DNA from: Candidatus Oxydemutator sp.
Lineage (GTDB): Bacteria; Pseudomonadota; Gammaproteobacteria; Poriferisulfidales; Oxydemutatoraceae
Assembly: GCA_965203445.1 (NCBI GenBank)
Contig: OZ241883.1
Location: 1 to 64,000, forward strand
DNA length: 64,000 nucleotides
Direction: 5' to 3'
Shown here piece after piece: positions 39,586 to 49,706 of the stretch; the stretch's first letter is position 1; the number at the start of each line of letters is the position of its first letter. The position numbers were made by a program, and so were the translations under genes. The notes beneath the pieces are model-generated. The model did not search any database. It had not been told where the DNA came from and saw only the letters and a program-made list of their open reading frames with translations.

Positions 39586-41214
39586 ATGCCGACGTTGGAG
39601 TTCAAGGGTAAGCATATTGTCTATGCGCACCATCTGAGCGTTCCTTACCGGACGCTTGACGTGGTGCGTCGGAAGTCGGTGCCGGCGCGTGGGGCGGGCG
39701 CCGAGGAAGGCAGCCTGATTATCCACGGCGACAACCTGGACGCGCTGAAGGCGCTGATGCCGCGCTATGCCGGGCGCGTGAACTGCATCTATATAGACCC
39801 GCCCTACAACACCGGCAACGAGGGCTGGTGCTATAACGACAACGTCAATTCGGAATTGATGAAACGTTGGCTTGCGGAAAACGGCGCGGTGGACGGCGAC
39901 GACGAGGAGCGCCACGAGAAATGGCTGTGCATGATGTGGCCGCGCCTGCAACTGTTGCGCGAACTGCTGGCCGAGGACGGCGTGATTTTCATCTCGATAG
40001 ACGACCACGAGCAGCACCGCCTGCGGCTGATGATGGACGAGATTTTTGGAGAGGACAACTTTTATGCGATGTGTAGCTGGACGGCGCGCAACAAACCAAT
40101 GAACGCGGGCAGCGCGCGATTTAAGATACAAAAATCAGAGGAATATATCTTGGCTTACGGAAAAATACCGATGCCTGATCATGCGCCTTTTGTATTGGAA
40201 GAAAAAGAAGAACTGGAATACCCGTACACGGCTGATGACGGCAGAACGTATCGTGAGGAAGAAGTCCAACAAAGAAAAAACATCGGTATCAAGAGATCCG
40301 AAAAAATGGTTTTCTCCATTCTTGGCGTAGCACCACAAGCCAGCTATCGCTGGACAATAGGACGAGACACGGCCGAGCGACTTGCGCAAGAAAACAAAGT
40401 TTTTGCGCGGAACGGGAAGCTTATAAGAATTTTCTTCAGCGATGATGAATTAGAAAAACGATACCATCCCTTGTGGGCCAATTTCAATGAGTCTTGCGGG
40501 ACGAGTGAATCCGGCAAAAAGAAATTGGATGAGATAGTCAAAGGACACGGTATGGAAACCGTAAAGCCGGTTGACGTCATCAAAAAAATAATTTTCCACT
40601 TCGCCGGCAAAGACGCCATCATACTCGACTCGTTCGCGGGCAGCGGCACCACCGCCCACGCAGTGCTCGAGCTGAACAAACAAGACGGCGGCAACCGCAA
40701 GTTCATCCTCATCGAGTGCGAGGACTACGCCGACAAGGTCACCGCCGAGCGGGTGCGGCGCGTGATCAAAGGCGTGCCCGGTGCCAGAGACAAAGCCCTG
40801 CAAAAAGGGCTGGGCGGCACCTTCACCTTCTGCACGTTGGGGCGCGAACTCAACATCGAGAGCCTGCTGCGCGGCAAAGACCTGCCCGACTACGACGCCT
40901 TGGCGCGCCACGTGGCCTATACCGCGACCGGCGCCGCGATGGACAAGATCAGGCCGGGCAGGGATCACTACTTCGGCGAGACGGCGGACTATCGCCTGCA
41001 CATGATCTACCGCCCGGAAAAAGAATTTCTGTGCTCCAAGGAATCGGCGCTGACGCGCGACCTGGCCGTGCGCATCGGCAAGGCGGCGCGCAACAAAGGC
41101 AAGACCGCGCTGGTGTTCGCGCCGTGGAAATTCATCTCGCAAAAGGACCTGAGCGCGGAAAAGGTCACCTTCTGCCAACTGCCCTACGCCATCCACCAAC
41201 TCTACGGGCTGTGA
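39586..41214 (+). CDS. Type III RM methyltransferase Mod
   Basis: IHGDNL, IYIDPPYNTG, ILDSFAGSGTT; followed by Res. Confidence 0.9.
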   Translation: MPTLEFKGKHIVYAHHLSVPYRTLDVVRRKSVPARGAGAEEGSLIIHGDNLDALKALMPRYAGRVNCIYIDPPYNTGNEGWCYNDNVNSELMKRWLAENGAVDGDDEERHEKWLCMMWPRLQLLRELLAEDGVIFISIDDHEQHRLRLMMDEIFGEDNFYAMCSWTARNKPMNAGSARFKIQKSEEYILAYGKIPMPDHAPFVLEEKEELEYPYTADDGRTYREEEVQQRKNIGIKRSEKMVFSILGVAPQASYRWTIGRDTAERLAQENKVFARNGKLIRIFFSDDELEKRYHPLWANFNESCGTSESGKKKLDEIVKGHGMETVKPVDVIKKIIFHFAGKDAIILDSFAGSGTTAHAVLELNKQDGGNRKFILIECEDYADKVTAERVRRVIKGVPGARDKALQKGLGGTFTFCTLGRELNIESLLRGKDLPDYDALARHVAYTATGAAMDKIRPGRDHYFGETADYRLHMIYRPEKEFLCSKESALTRDLAVRIGKAARNKGKTALVFAPWKFISQKDLSAEKVTFCQLPYAIHQLYGL

Positions 41215-41218
41215 CGCG

Positions 41219-43816
41219 ATGCGCCCGAAAGAGTTCCAGGAAAACGCCCTCGACACGTTCGCCGCGTTCCTCGCCGAGCTGAAAAAACAGCAGGACGAGA
41301 CGGACAAGCGCGTCGCGGCCCTGGAGCGGGCGGCGGTAGCCGTCGGCGAAAAAGACCGCGACTATTTCGCCAGAACCTGGGAAGAATTGGGGCGGCGCGG
41401 GCTGCTGCCGCACGTCTTGGGCAAAGACGGCTCCAGGCATCCGCCGGCTTACGTGCAACGCTGCGACTGCCGCGGTGCGGTGGTGCCGCACGTGTGCCTG
41501 AAACTGCCCACCGGCGGCGGCAAAACCTTGCTGGGGGTGGCCGCGCTCGAGCGGATGAAGCCGCAAACGGGACTGGTGCTGTGGGTCACGCCGTCGCGCG
41601 CCATCTACAAACAGACCATCAGCGCGTTCGCCTACCGGGCGCACCCGTATCGCCAGTGGCTGGAGCGCGCCTGCGGCGGGCGCGTGAAACTGCTGCGCAA
41701 GAAAGACCAGTTCTCACGCGCCGACGTCGAGAACTATCTGTGCGTGCTGCCGATCATGCTGCAAGCGGCGGATCGGCGCAATGACACCGGCTTTCTCAAG
41801 ATCTTCCGCGACACCGGAAAATATCCCGGCTTCTTTCCGGACGCCGACGACGCGCCGGCCAACGACGAACTGCTGGCAAAGCACCCCGACCTGCACACCG
41901 GCGACCTGGCCGAAGACGCGCCCGGCGCGATCCGGCACAGTCTTTTCAACGCGCTCAAGATCGCGCGCCCGATCATCGTGCTCGACGAGGCGCACAACGC
42001 CTACACCGAAAACCGGCGGCGGCGGCTTTGCGAGTTCAACCCGCGCTTTGTGCTCGAACTGTCGGCGACGCCGGAACCCGGCGTCAGCAACGTCCTGGTG
42101 GACGTGCCGGGGGCGGCGCTGAAACGCGAGCAGATGATCAAACTGCCGCTGCACGTCCACAACTTCGAGAAGACCGACTGGAAATACACGCTGTCGAAAG
42201 CCAAAGAAAAGCGCGACATCCTGGAGCAGGAGGCGAAGGCGCTCCAGGGCGAGAGCGGGCGCTACATCCGCCCGATCATGCTGATCCGCGTCGAGCGCGT
42301 CGGCAAAGAGCAGCGCGACGGCCACCACGTGCACGCCGAAGACGTGCGCGACTACCTGATGACGCAACTGAAAGTGCCGCAAGACCATATCCGCCGCAAG
42401 ACCGCCGAGAAAGACGAGATCGCCGACGAGAACCTGCTGTCGCCCTATTCCGCGGTGCGCTACATCCTGACCAAAGACGCATTGCGCGAGGGTTGGGACT
42501 GCCCATTCGCCTACGTGCTGGCGCTGCTCGACACCACCAGAACGAAGGGCGCCCTGACCCAGATGACCGGACGCATCCTGCGCCAGCCCGACGCCGAACT
42601 GACCGGGCAAACGGCGCTGGACGAGTCCTATATCTATTGCTTCGACCGCAACGTGGGCGAGACCGTGGCCCAGGTAAAGCGCGGCCTCGAACAGGAAGGC
42701 ATGAGCGACCTGGCCGAGTTCGTGCGCCAGGGCGATGCGTCGGGCGACATCGCGAGCGGCGCCGTGGTCAAAACAATACGGCGTCGGCGAGCGTTCAAAG
42801 ACACGCGCATCTTCCTGCCGCGCGTCCTGCACCGCGCCGCCAAAGGCGGCAAGCGCTATCGCCCGCTGGACTACGAGACCGACGTGTTGGGCGGCGTGCA
42901 CTGGCACGACGTGGCCGCCGCGCCGCTGGGAATAGACGCGGCGGCGATAGACAAAGTCCGCGAGATCAGGGCCTCGGTGGATTTGCCGGGGTTCGACTTC
43001 GATTCGGACAACGAAGAGAAAATCATCGTCGTGGACAAGGAGTTGGCCGTCGAGTTTTTTGCCCGCCGCGTGTATGAAATCCTGCCCAACCCGTGGCTGG
43101 CGGGAGAAGTCGTGCGGCGGATGTTCGCCTCGCTGCGCCGCGAATACAACTATGACGACGACGCGATCTTCGACCGCCGCTACCACCTGTCGGAAATCCT
43201 GAAACAACGGCTCACCGAACTGATCGAGCACGAGGCGCGGCAAGTCTTTGCGCGCAAGCTTGAGAGCGGCGACATCCGCTTTGAACTGACTGCCGCCGAC
43301 GCCGGCTTTGAACTTGTGCGGACGCTGGAAAAAATGGTCGCAAGCGGCCAGCAGCCGCTGTTCCGCGAGCACAGCGATGTGCTTGAGAAATCGCTCTACG
43401 AAACGATGTACACCAAAGAGTTCAACGGCCTGGAAAAGGACTTCGCGCTCTATCTGGACGGCCACAGCGCCGTCGCCTGGTGGCACCGCTTCGCCGCCCG
43501 CCAGGACTACGGGCTGCAAGGCTGGCAGCGCCACCGGGTGTATCCGGACTTCGTCGTCTGCGTCGGCAAGGCCAACGGCAAAGGCGGCAGGCGCCGCGTC
43601 CTGGTGCTGGAGACAAAGGGAATGCAACTGGCCGGCAACCCCGACACCGAATACAAGGAAGCGCTGTTCCAGATGCTGGAAACGGCCGAACCCCGCGCCG
43701 CCGAATACGGCAGCCTGGCACTCGCAAAAGACAACCGCAAAGAACACCGCATGTCCCTGAGAATGATGTTCGAGAACAATTACCGGGAAGAATTCGAGAG
43801 GCTGGTGCAAAGTTGA
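41219..43816 (+). CDS. Type III RM restriction helicase-nuclease Res
   Basis: PTGGGKT, DEAH, LREGWD, GRILR; C-terminal YPDF...LETKG. Confidence 0.88.
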   Translation: MRPKEFQENALDTFAAFLAELKKQQDETDKRVAALERAAVAVGEKDRDYFARTWEELGRRGLLPHVLGKDGSRHPPAYVQRCDCRGAVVPHVCLKLPTGGGKTLLGVAALERMKPQTGLVLWVTPSRAIYKQTISAFAYRAHPYRQWLERACGGRVKLLRKKDQFSRADVENYLCVLPIMLQAADRRNDTGFLKIFRDTGKYPGFFPDADDAPANDELLAKHPDLHTGDLAEDAPGAIRHSLFNALKIARPIIVLDEAHNAYTENRRRRLCEFNPRFVLELSATPEPGVSNVLVDVPGAALKREQMIKLPLHVHNFEKTDWKYTLSKAKEKRDILEQEAKALQGESGRYIRPIMLIRVERVGKEQRDGHHVHAEDVRDYLMTQLKVPQDHIRRKTAEKDEIADENLLSPYSAVRYILTKDALREGWDCPFAYVLALLDTTRTKGALTQMTGRILRQPDAELTGQTALDESYIYCFDRNVGETVAQVKRGLEQEGMSDLAEFVRQGDASGDIASGAVVKTIRRRRAFKDTRIFLPRVLHRAAKGGKRYRPLDYETDVLGGVHWHDVAAAPLGIDAAAIDKVREIRASVDLPGFDFDSDNEEKIIVVDKELAVEFFARRVYEILPNPWLAGEVVRRMFASLRREYNYDDDAIFDRRYHLSEILKQRLTELIEHEARQVFARKLESGDIRFELTAADAGFELVRTLEKMVASGQQPLFREHSDVLEKSLYETMYTKEFNGLEKDFALYLDGHSAVAWWHRFAARQDYGLQGWQRHRVYPDFVVCVGKANGKGGRRRVLVLETKGMQLAGNPDTEYKEALFQMLETAEPRAAEYGSLALAKDNRKEHRMSLRMMFENNYREEFERLVQS

Positions 43817-43844
43817 ACAACGGTAAGAAAACGAAACCTGCCCC

Positions 43845-44066
43845 CTCTGGGAAAGGATGGCCGAAGGCCCCTATCAAACCTTCTCCCTCTGGAAAAGATA
43901 GCCGCAGGCCCCTGTCAAACCCTCTCCCTCTGGAAAAGATAGCCGCAGGCCCCTATCAAACCCTCTCCCTCTGGGAGAGGGTGGCCGTAGGCCGGGTGAG
44001 GGTGAAAAGGAAGGCAACTTACTCCCTCCGGCCCTCACCCCAACCCTCTCCCAGAGGGAGAGGGTG
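43845..44066. repeat. Tandem ~40-bp REP half-units followed by an inverted REP pair
   Basis: Repeated ccctatcaaacc(c/t)tctccctctggaaaagatagccgcaggc, then ccctctccctctgggagaggg and ccctctcccagaggggagaggg. Confidence 0.8.
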
Positions 44067-44071
44067 ACATA

Positions 44072-45442
44072 ATGAAGCTTCAAAGCCTGATCGCCGGCTA
44101 TCTGGAGAGGCTTGCGTGGTTGACCACCTCCCCAGGCACGTACGCCTACCGCGGCCAGGCAAATGCCGGTTGGCCGCTGAAATCGGCGGCTTACCGGCGG
44201 TTCGAGAATAATAGCGAGGAAGAACCCACCCGAGATGATTTTATCGAATACCATGAAGAGATTCTGGAATCTGCCCGCATGGATGGACACGGTGTAGTGG
44301 ACGGCCGCGATTTGAGAGACCTGGAACTGCTGGCCAAGTTGCAGCACCTCCGCACGGCGACCTGCCTGATTGACTTCAGCCGCAACTTCCTTGTTGCATT
44401 GTGGTTCGCCTGCCTTCCTCATAAAGGTAAAGACGGCACGTATACAAACGGCAAAGTGTTTGTCGTGAACACGAATGATCCTGTTACTTTTCTTTCTTTG
44501 GAACAACAAGACTTAAAGAAAAACATACAGAAAGTTCTTACTTTCAAAACACGCGAACAAGACGAATCCAGCACCGGAAGGAATGAAACCAGTATGCGAA
44601 AACCCTTGTATTGGCACTGGTCACCACACGGCCTGAACGAGAGGATTCTGAAGCAAGACAGCCTATTCATCTTTGGGCCGCCGAAGATAGAAGACACGCT
44701 GCTGCAAAGCATTAAGATCAGGCAAGAGGACAAAACCAGCCTCCTGCAAGAGCTCGAAACATTAGGCATAACGAGGAGATCTCTATTTAAAGATCTATCG
44801 GGATATGCAGAATCGCACGGCTGCAACGAACCTCTGCCGAAATTCCCGCGGACGGCAGAGGACTATTTTCGGGCAGGAAACGAAGCCTATCAACGGGGTA
44901 AAATAGACAAAGCTATAGAAAACTACAACAAAGCGATCAAACGCAAATCTGATTATGCACAAGCTTACAACAACCTAGGAGTTGCCAAAGCCAATCAAGG
45001 AAAAATGCTCGATGCCATAACAGACTATGACCAGGCGATCAAACTCAAGCCCGATCACGCGAACGCCTACTACAACCGAGCAATTACCAAAACCAAGCTG
45101 GAACGCTATCACGCTGCCATAACAGACTATGATCGTGTGATTGAACTCAAGCCCGATGATGCGGAAGCCTATATCAGCCGAGGGCGTGCCAAAACCAAGC
45201 TAACAGGCTATCACACTGCTGCCATAGCAGACTTTGACCGGGCGATTCAACTCAATCCTGATGATGCGAATGCCTATTGCTGCCGAGGAATTGCCAAGGC
45301 CAAACAGGGTGGTACAAATTCGGCACGAAGCGACCTCATCCGCGCAAGGCAGTTGGCTGAGCAAAGCGGAGACAACGAGCTTATGAAAATAATTGACGAA
45401 GCCCTATCGTACCTGGACGGCATAGACAAGCGCGGCAAATAA
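44072..45442 (+). CDS. FRG domain protein with C-terminal TPRs
   Basis: YRGQAN..W.L, LQH...T.LIDFS.N.LVALWFAC, NERILKQDSLF, then 34-aa TPR units. Confidence 0.85.
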   Translation: MKLQSLIAGYLERLAWLTTSPGTYAYRGQANAGWPLKSAAYRRFENNSEEEPTRDDFIEYHEEILESARMDGHGVVDGRDLRDLELLAKLQHLRTATCLIDFSRNFLVALWFACLPHKGKDGTYTNGKVFVVNTNDPVTFLSLEQQDLKKNIQKVLTFKTREQDESSTGRNETSMRKPLYWHWSPHGLNERILKQDSLFIFGPPKIEDTLLQSIKIRQEDKTSLLQELETLGITRRSLFKDLSGYAESHGCNEPLPKFPRTAEDYFRAGNEAYQRGKIDKAIENYNKAIKRKSDYAQAYNNLGVAKANQGKMLDAITDYDQAIKLKPDHANAYYNRAITKTKLERYHAAITDYDRVIELKPDDAEAYISRGRAKTKLTGYHTAAIADFDRAIQLNPDDANAYCCRGIAKAKQGGTNSARSDLIRARQLAEQSGDNELMKIIDEALSYLDGIDKRGK

Positions 45443-45663
45443 AACAATAGTTCTCCCTCTCCCTCTGGGAGAGGGCCGGGGTGAGGGCCGTTCAGGGGCG
45501 TTGCGTAACTTAGCACCCTCACCCGGCCTTCGGCCATTCTTCCTTGGCCACCCTCTCCTAGGGGGAGAGGGTTACATTTTTTCTGCCCCCCAGACGACCG
45601 CCGCCGACGCAACCAGACCACAACCTCCCCACACCGCCCCGCCCCTTGTTTTATAATGCCGCA

Positions 45664-45897
45664 ATGCCATTGAACGAAGCGGATGCGCGGGCCGAGCCGA
45701 TTGGCCCTGCGCTGCACCGGCGCGGCTGGTCGGGGGACGTGATCCGCCGCGAGACGACGGCGGGGAAAATCGAGAGTATCGGCGGCAAGGCAAGGCGGCG
45801 CGGCCACGGGAAAACCGATAAGGAACACCGCACGTCGTCGCGCATGATGTTCGAGAACAACTACCGGAAAGAGTCCGAGAGGCTGACACAAAATTGA
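45664..45897 (+). pseudogene. Chimeric remnant: hsdR 5' end fused to Type III res 3' end
   Basis: MPLNEADARAEPIGPALHRRGWS.. matches HsdR at 51930. KEHR..RMMFENNYRKE.ERL matches the Res C-terminus (43739-43816). Confidence 0.85.
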
Positions 45898-47291
45898 AGG
45901 ACGATAAGAAACAACCGAAAGGCTTGATCGCCTTTCTGAAGAAACTTTTGGCAGAGGGCTATTTCCAGGCGGGCAACATAGTCTATCAGCGGGGCGACAA
46001 AAACGCCGCCATAGAAAAATACACCCGGGCGATTGAACTCAACCCCGATCATCCGGAAGCCCACAACAACCGGGGCATTGCCAAAACCAGGCTGGGAGAC
46101 CTGCCCGGTGCCGTAAAAGACTTTGGCCGAGTCATTGCCCTGAAACCCGATTGTGCCGACGCCTGCTACAACCGGGGAGTTGTCAAAGCCGATCTGGGAG
46201 ACATGCGCGGCGCGATAAAAGACTTTACGCAAGCGATTGCTCTTAAATCCGATTATGTCGACGCCTACTACAACCGAGGGGTTACCAAGGTCGATCTGGG
46301 AGACGTGCGCGACGCCATAACGGACTATGACCGGGTGATTGAACTCGACCCCAAGCACGCGAACGCCTACAACAACCGGGGAGTCGCCAAGGCCCATCTG
46401 GGAGACGTGCCCGCCGCCACGGCGGACTATGACCGCGCGCTTGAACTCGCCCCTGATCATGCGAGCGCCTGTTTCAACCGGGGAAACGCCAAAACCAAGC
46501 AGGGAGACAACCGCGGCGCCATCAAGGACTACGACCGCGCGATAGAACTCAAACCCGATCTTGCGAGCGCCTACTTCAACCGAGGAGTCGCCAAAACCGA
46601 TCTGGGAGACATGCCCGACGCCATAGCAGACTATGACCGCGCGATAGAACTCGAACCCGATGATGCGAGCGCCTACTACAACCGAGGAAATGCCAAAGCC
46701 GGGCGAGGAGACAACCGCGGCGCCATAAAGGACTACGACCGCGCGATAGCACTCAAACCCGATCTTGCGAACGCCTACTTCCACCGAGGGAATGCCAAAG
46801 TCAAGTGGGGAAACATGCCCGACGCCATAACAGACTATGACCGCGCGATTGCACTCAAACCTGATGATGCGAGCGCCTACTACAACCGGGGAGTCGCCAA
46901 AACCAGGCAGAAAGACAACCGCGGCGCGATAAAAGACTACGACCGCGCGATTGAACTCGAGCCTGATGACGCGGACGCCTACTACAACCGAGCAGTCGCC
47001 AAAGCCAGGCGAGGAAACGACCGCGGCGCCATAAAGGACTACGACCGCGCGATTGAACTCAAGCCTGATCTTGCGAACGCCTACTACAACCGAGGAGTTG
47101 CCAAAGCCAGGCAGAAAGACAACCACGGCGCCATAGAGGACTACAACCGGGCGGTTGAACTCGAACCTGATCTTGCGAAAGACCACAAACGAGGAAACGG
47201 CAAAACCAACGGAGGAGACACGTCCGCCATAACGGACTACGACCAGGCGAGTGAACTCAAACCCGATGATGCGAGCACCTACTACCACTGA
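45894..47291 (+). CDS. Tetratricopeptide repeat protein
   Basis: About a dozen 34-aa units AYYNRG.AK...GD..GAIKDYDRAIELKPD; TTG start uncertain. Confidence 0.85.
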   Translation: MKDDKKQPKGLIAFLKKLLAEGYFQAGNIVYQRGDKNAAIEKYTRAIELNPDHPEAHNNRGIAKTRLGDLPGAVKDFGRVIALKPDCADACYNRGVVKADLGDMRGAIKDFTQAIALKSDYVDAYYNRGVTKVDLGDVRDAITDYDRVIELDPKHANAYNNRGVAKAHLGDVPAATADYDRALELAPDHASACFNRGNAKTKQGDNRGAIKDYDRAIELKPDLASAYFNRGVAKTDLGDMPDAIADYDRAIELEPDDASAYYNRGNAKAGRGDNRGAIKDYDRAIALKPDLANAYFHRGNAKVKWGNMPDAITDYDRAIALKPDDASAYYNRGVAKTRQKDNRGAIKDYDRAIELEPDDADAYYNRAVAKARRGNDRGAIKDYDRAIELKPDLANAYYNRGVAKARQKDNHGAIEDYNRAVELEPDLAKDHKRGNGKTNGGDTSAITDYDQASELKPDDASTYYH

Positions 47292-47655
47292 GGAAATGAA
47301 CTTATCAAAAAAATTAACAACGTCTTGCCGGAACTGGATGACGAAAATAGCGACGAATGAACAAACCTCGGACAGAAACCGCCCCCGCGCGGGAAACCAT
47401 CGGCCAGCGGTCAGTCCGCGCCGGATCGGGGCGGGCGCCCATCCGCCATCCGGCGGTGGCGGCCTTGCACCAGGCCGGTGGCAGTACCAACCAGGCCACG
47501 TCCATGAGCGCCGGCGACACCAGCCAAGCCACAACCCGCCCGCATACCATTCCGCCCCTTGTTCTATAATGCAGCAATGCCATTGAACGAAGCGGATGCG
47601 CGGGCCAAGCCGATTGCCCCCGCCCCGCACTGACACGGCTGAGGAGACAACCACA

Positions 47656-48729
47656 ATGCCATCTGAAAGCTACAACCTGGGGATTCAACTCAGGCCTGAT
47701 GACGAGAGCGCCGACTACAACCGAGGGAATATCAAAGCTTCTTTCGGAGACCTGCGCGGCGCGATAAAGGACTACGACCGCGCGATTGAACGCAAGCCCG
47801 ATGATACGGACGCCTACAACGGCCGCGGCATGGCCAAAGCCCATCTGGGAGACTACCACGGCGCGATAAAAGATTACGACCGCGCGATTGAAATCGAACC
47901 CGATTTTGCGGCCGCCCACGTCAACCGAGGAGCTGCCAAAGCCCATCTGGGAGACAACCGCGGCGCGATAAAAGACTACGACCGCGCGATTGAATTCCAA
48001 CCTGATATTGCGGAAGCCTACAACAACCGAGGAGGTGCCAAATCATATCTGGGAGACAGGCGCGGCGCCATAAAAGACTATGACCGCGCGATTAAACTCA
48101 AACCTGATTATGTGCACGCCTACACCGGTCGAGGAACTGTCAAAGCCGAGATGGAAGACTATCGCGGCGCCATAGCAGACTTTGACCGGGCGATTGCACT
48201 CCAACCCGATCATGCGGGTGCCTATTTCAGCCGCGGCATGACCAAAGCCGAAATGGAAGACCACCAAGGCGCCATAAAAGACTACAACCGGGCGATTAAA
48301 CTCAAACCCGATTATGAGGGCGCCTACTGCGCCCGCGGCATGGCCAAAGTCTGGACAGGAGACGAACGCGGCGCCATAAAAGACTATGACCGCGCGATTA
48401 AACTCAAACCCGATTATGCGGACGCCTACAACGCGCGAGGACATGCCAGAGCCGAGCTGTCCGACGCCATAAAAGACTATGACCGGGCGATTGAATGCCA
48501 ACCCGATCACGCGGGCGCCCTCTGTAACCGGGCAAGTGCCGAAGCCGTTATGGCCGATATACATGCGGACCGGGGCGACTTCAAACGCGCAAAGCAGTCG
48601 ACCAAGTCGGCACGAGGCTACCTCGCCCGCGCAAAGAAGTCGGCCAGAAAAAGCGGAGACAAGGAACTCATCGAGGAGATCGACGACATCCTGTCGGACC
48701 TGGCCGCCACAGACAAACGCGCCAAATAA
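47656..48729 (+). CDS. Tetratricopeptide repeat protein
   Basis: GAGGAG RBS; same TPR consensus; C-terminal tail similar to FRG-TPR. Confidence 0.85.
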   Translation: MPSESYNLGIQLRPDDESADYNRGNIKASFGDLRGAIKDYDRAIERKPDDTDAYNGRGMAKAHLGDYHGAIKDYDRAIEIEPDFAAAHVNRGAAKAHLGDNRGAIKDYDRAIEFQPDIAEAYNNRGGAKSYLGDRRGAIKDYDRAIKLKPDYVHAYTGRGTVKAEMEDYRGAIADFDRAIALQPDHAGAYFSRGMTKAEMEDHQGAIKDYNRAIKLKPDYEGAYCARGMAKVWTGDERGAIKDYDRAIKLKPDYADAYNARGHARAELSDAIKDYDRAIECQPDHAGALCNRASAEAVMADIHADRGDFKRAKQSTKSARGYLARAKKSARKSGDKELIEEIDDILSDLAATDKRAK

Positions 48730-48798
48730 ACCAGTAGATCTTCCTCTCCCAGAGGGAGAGATTGTCCGCCGATCCGTTAACGTAACCCTCTCCCCTTA

Positions 48799-48940
48799 CG
48801 CCCACTCCCCCTCACGCCCGCAGTCAACCAACGCCGCGACCAGAAAGGACGCATCGGCGACGACTGTCACTTCCGGTCGGCGTCGCGTGCGCGCAAAATA
48901 TCGGACGGGCGGACGCGGCTTTGGGCCGCGGCCTTGCGCT
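48799..48940 (-). pseudogene. Duplicated fragment of the antitoxin/vapC junction
   Basis: Near-identical to 59772-59913; truncated by an IS3 end fragment at 48941-48958. Confidence 0.85.
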
Positions 48941-49132
48941 AAAACACGGGGCGGTTCAGTTCACGGTTCAGTTGGGGTGAGGGTACAAAGAGCCAGCATT
49001 AGCCTCCCACAAAAACATCATCCCATCAGGAAAAAATCATTCGTCGGCTATATGCTGCCGTTTGTCTGATGATTCGTGCTATGCTTCGGGACGTGCGTTA
49101 CAACATCCTTTTCATCTTGAAAAGGAGTAAAA

Positions 49133-49594
49133 ATGATGGCTGAAAGAACCAACATGATAGACAGCGTCCGTAACCTGCAACAAAGCGGCATGAACCGAAA
49201 GCAGGCCGAGGCCCTGACAAAACTGATGCGCGCTTCGATTGCCGAGGCGATTGCCGAAGCCGTCCAGCACTTGGCGACCAAAGCCGAGGTGGCCGATCTC
49301 AGGCAGAATATGGCGACCAAAGCGGAGTTGGCCGAGCTCAGGCAGTATACCAAAGCGGAGTTGGCCGAACTGAGAGCGCATGTTGACGCGCAGCATATGG
49401 AGATCAGGACCGAATTGGACAAACTCAAAGCTGCCCACGACGCGCAAGTGGAGCATAACGACTCGCAAATAGCGCTTCTTAAAGCTGAACTTATCGAGAA
49501 GATGAGTGAGAACCTGAAGTATATTGCGTTTTCCGTGGGCTTTTCGACGATTGCCATCATCGCGGCGTTTTTCATCGCGCGCTTCGCCACCTGA
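49133..49594 (+). CDS. DUF1640-like coiled-coil membrane protein (short copy)
   Basis: L..SGM..KQAEAL, LATK, heptads, C-terminal TM. Confidence 0.72.
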   Translation: MMAERTNMIDSVRNLQQSGMNRKQAEALTKLMRASIAEAIAEAVQHLATKAEVADLRQNMATKAELAELRQYTKAELAELRAHVDAQHMEIRTELDKLKAAHDAQVEHNDSQIALLKAELIEKMSENLKYIAFSVGFSTIAIIAAFFIARFAT

Positions 49595-49706
49595 AGAAGC
49601 GGCGGCTGCAAGCCGCCTCTTTATCTCCCTCCGAGAGAGGGCCTCCCCATGCTCCCTCTCCTCCTATTGAACTGCCCCGACTTTTCCGGAGACTGGTTTA
49701 TGAGAG

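Noticed and set aside
45861-47654. 597-aa Val-rich minus-strand ORF
   Set aside because: Antisense mirror of the TPR repeats.
44860-48560. Diversity-generating retroelement or DNA repeat array in the TPR region
   Set aside because: Repeats are in-frame 102-bp TPR units; no reverse transcriptase and no adenine-specific TR/VR pair seen.
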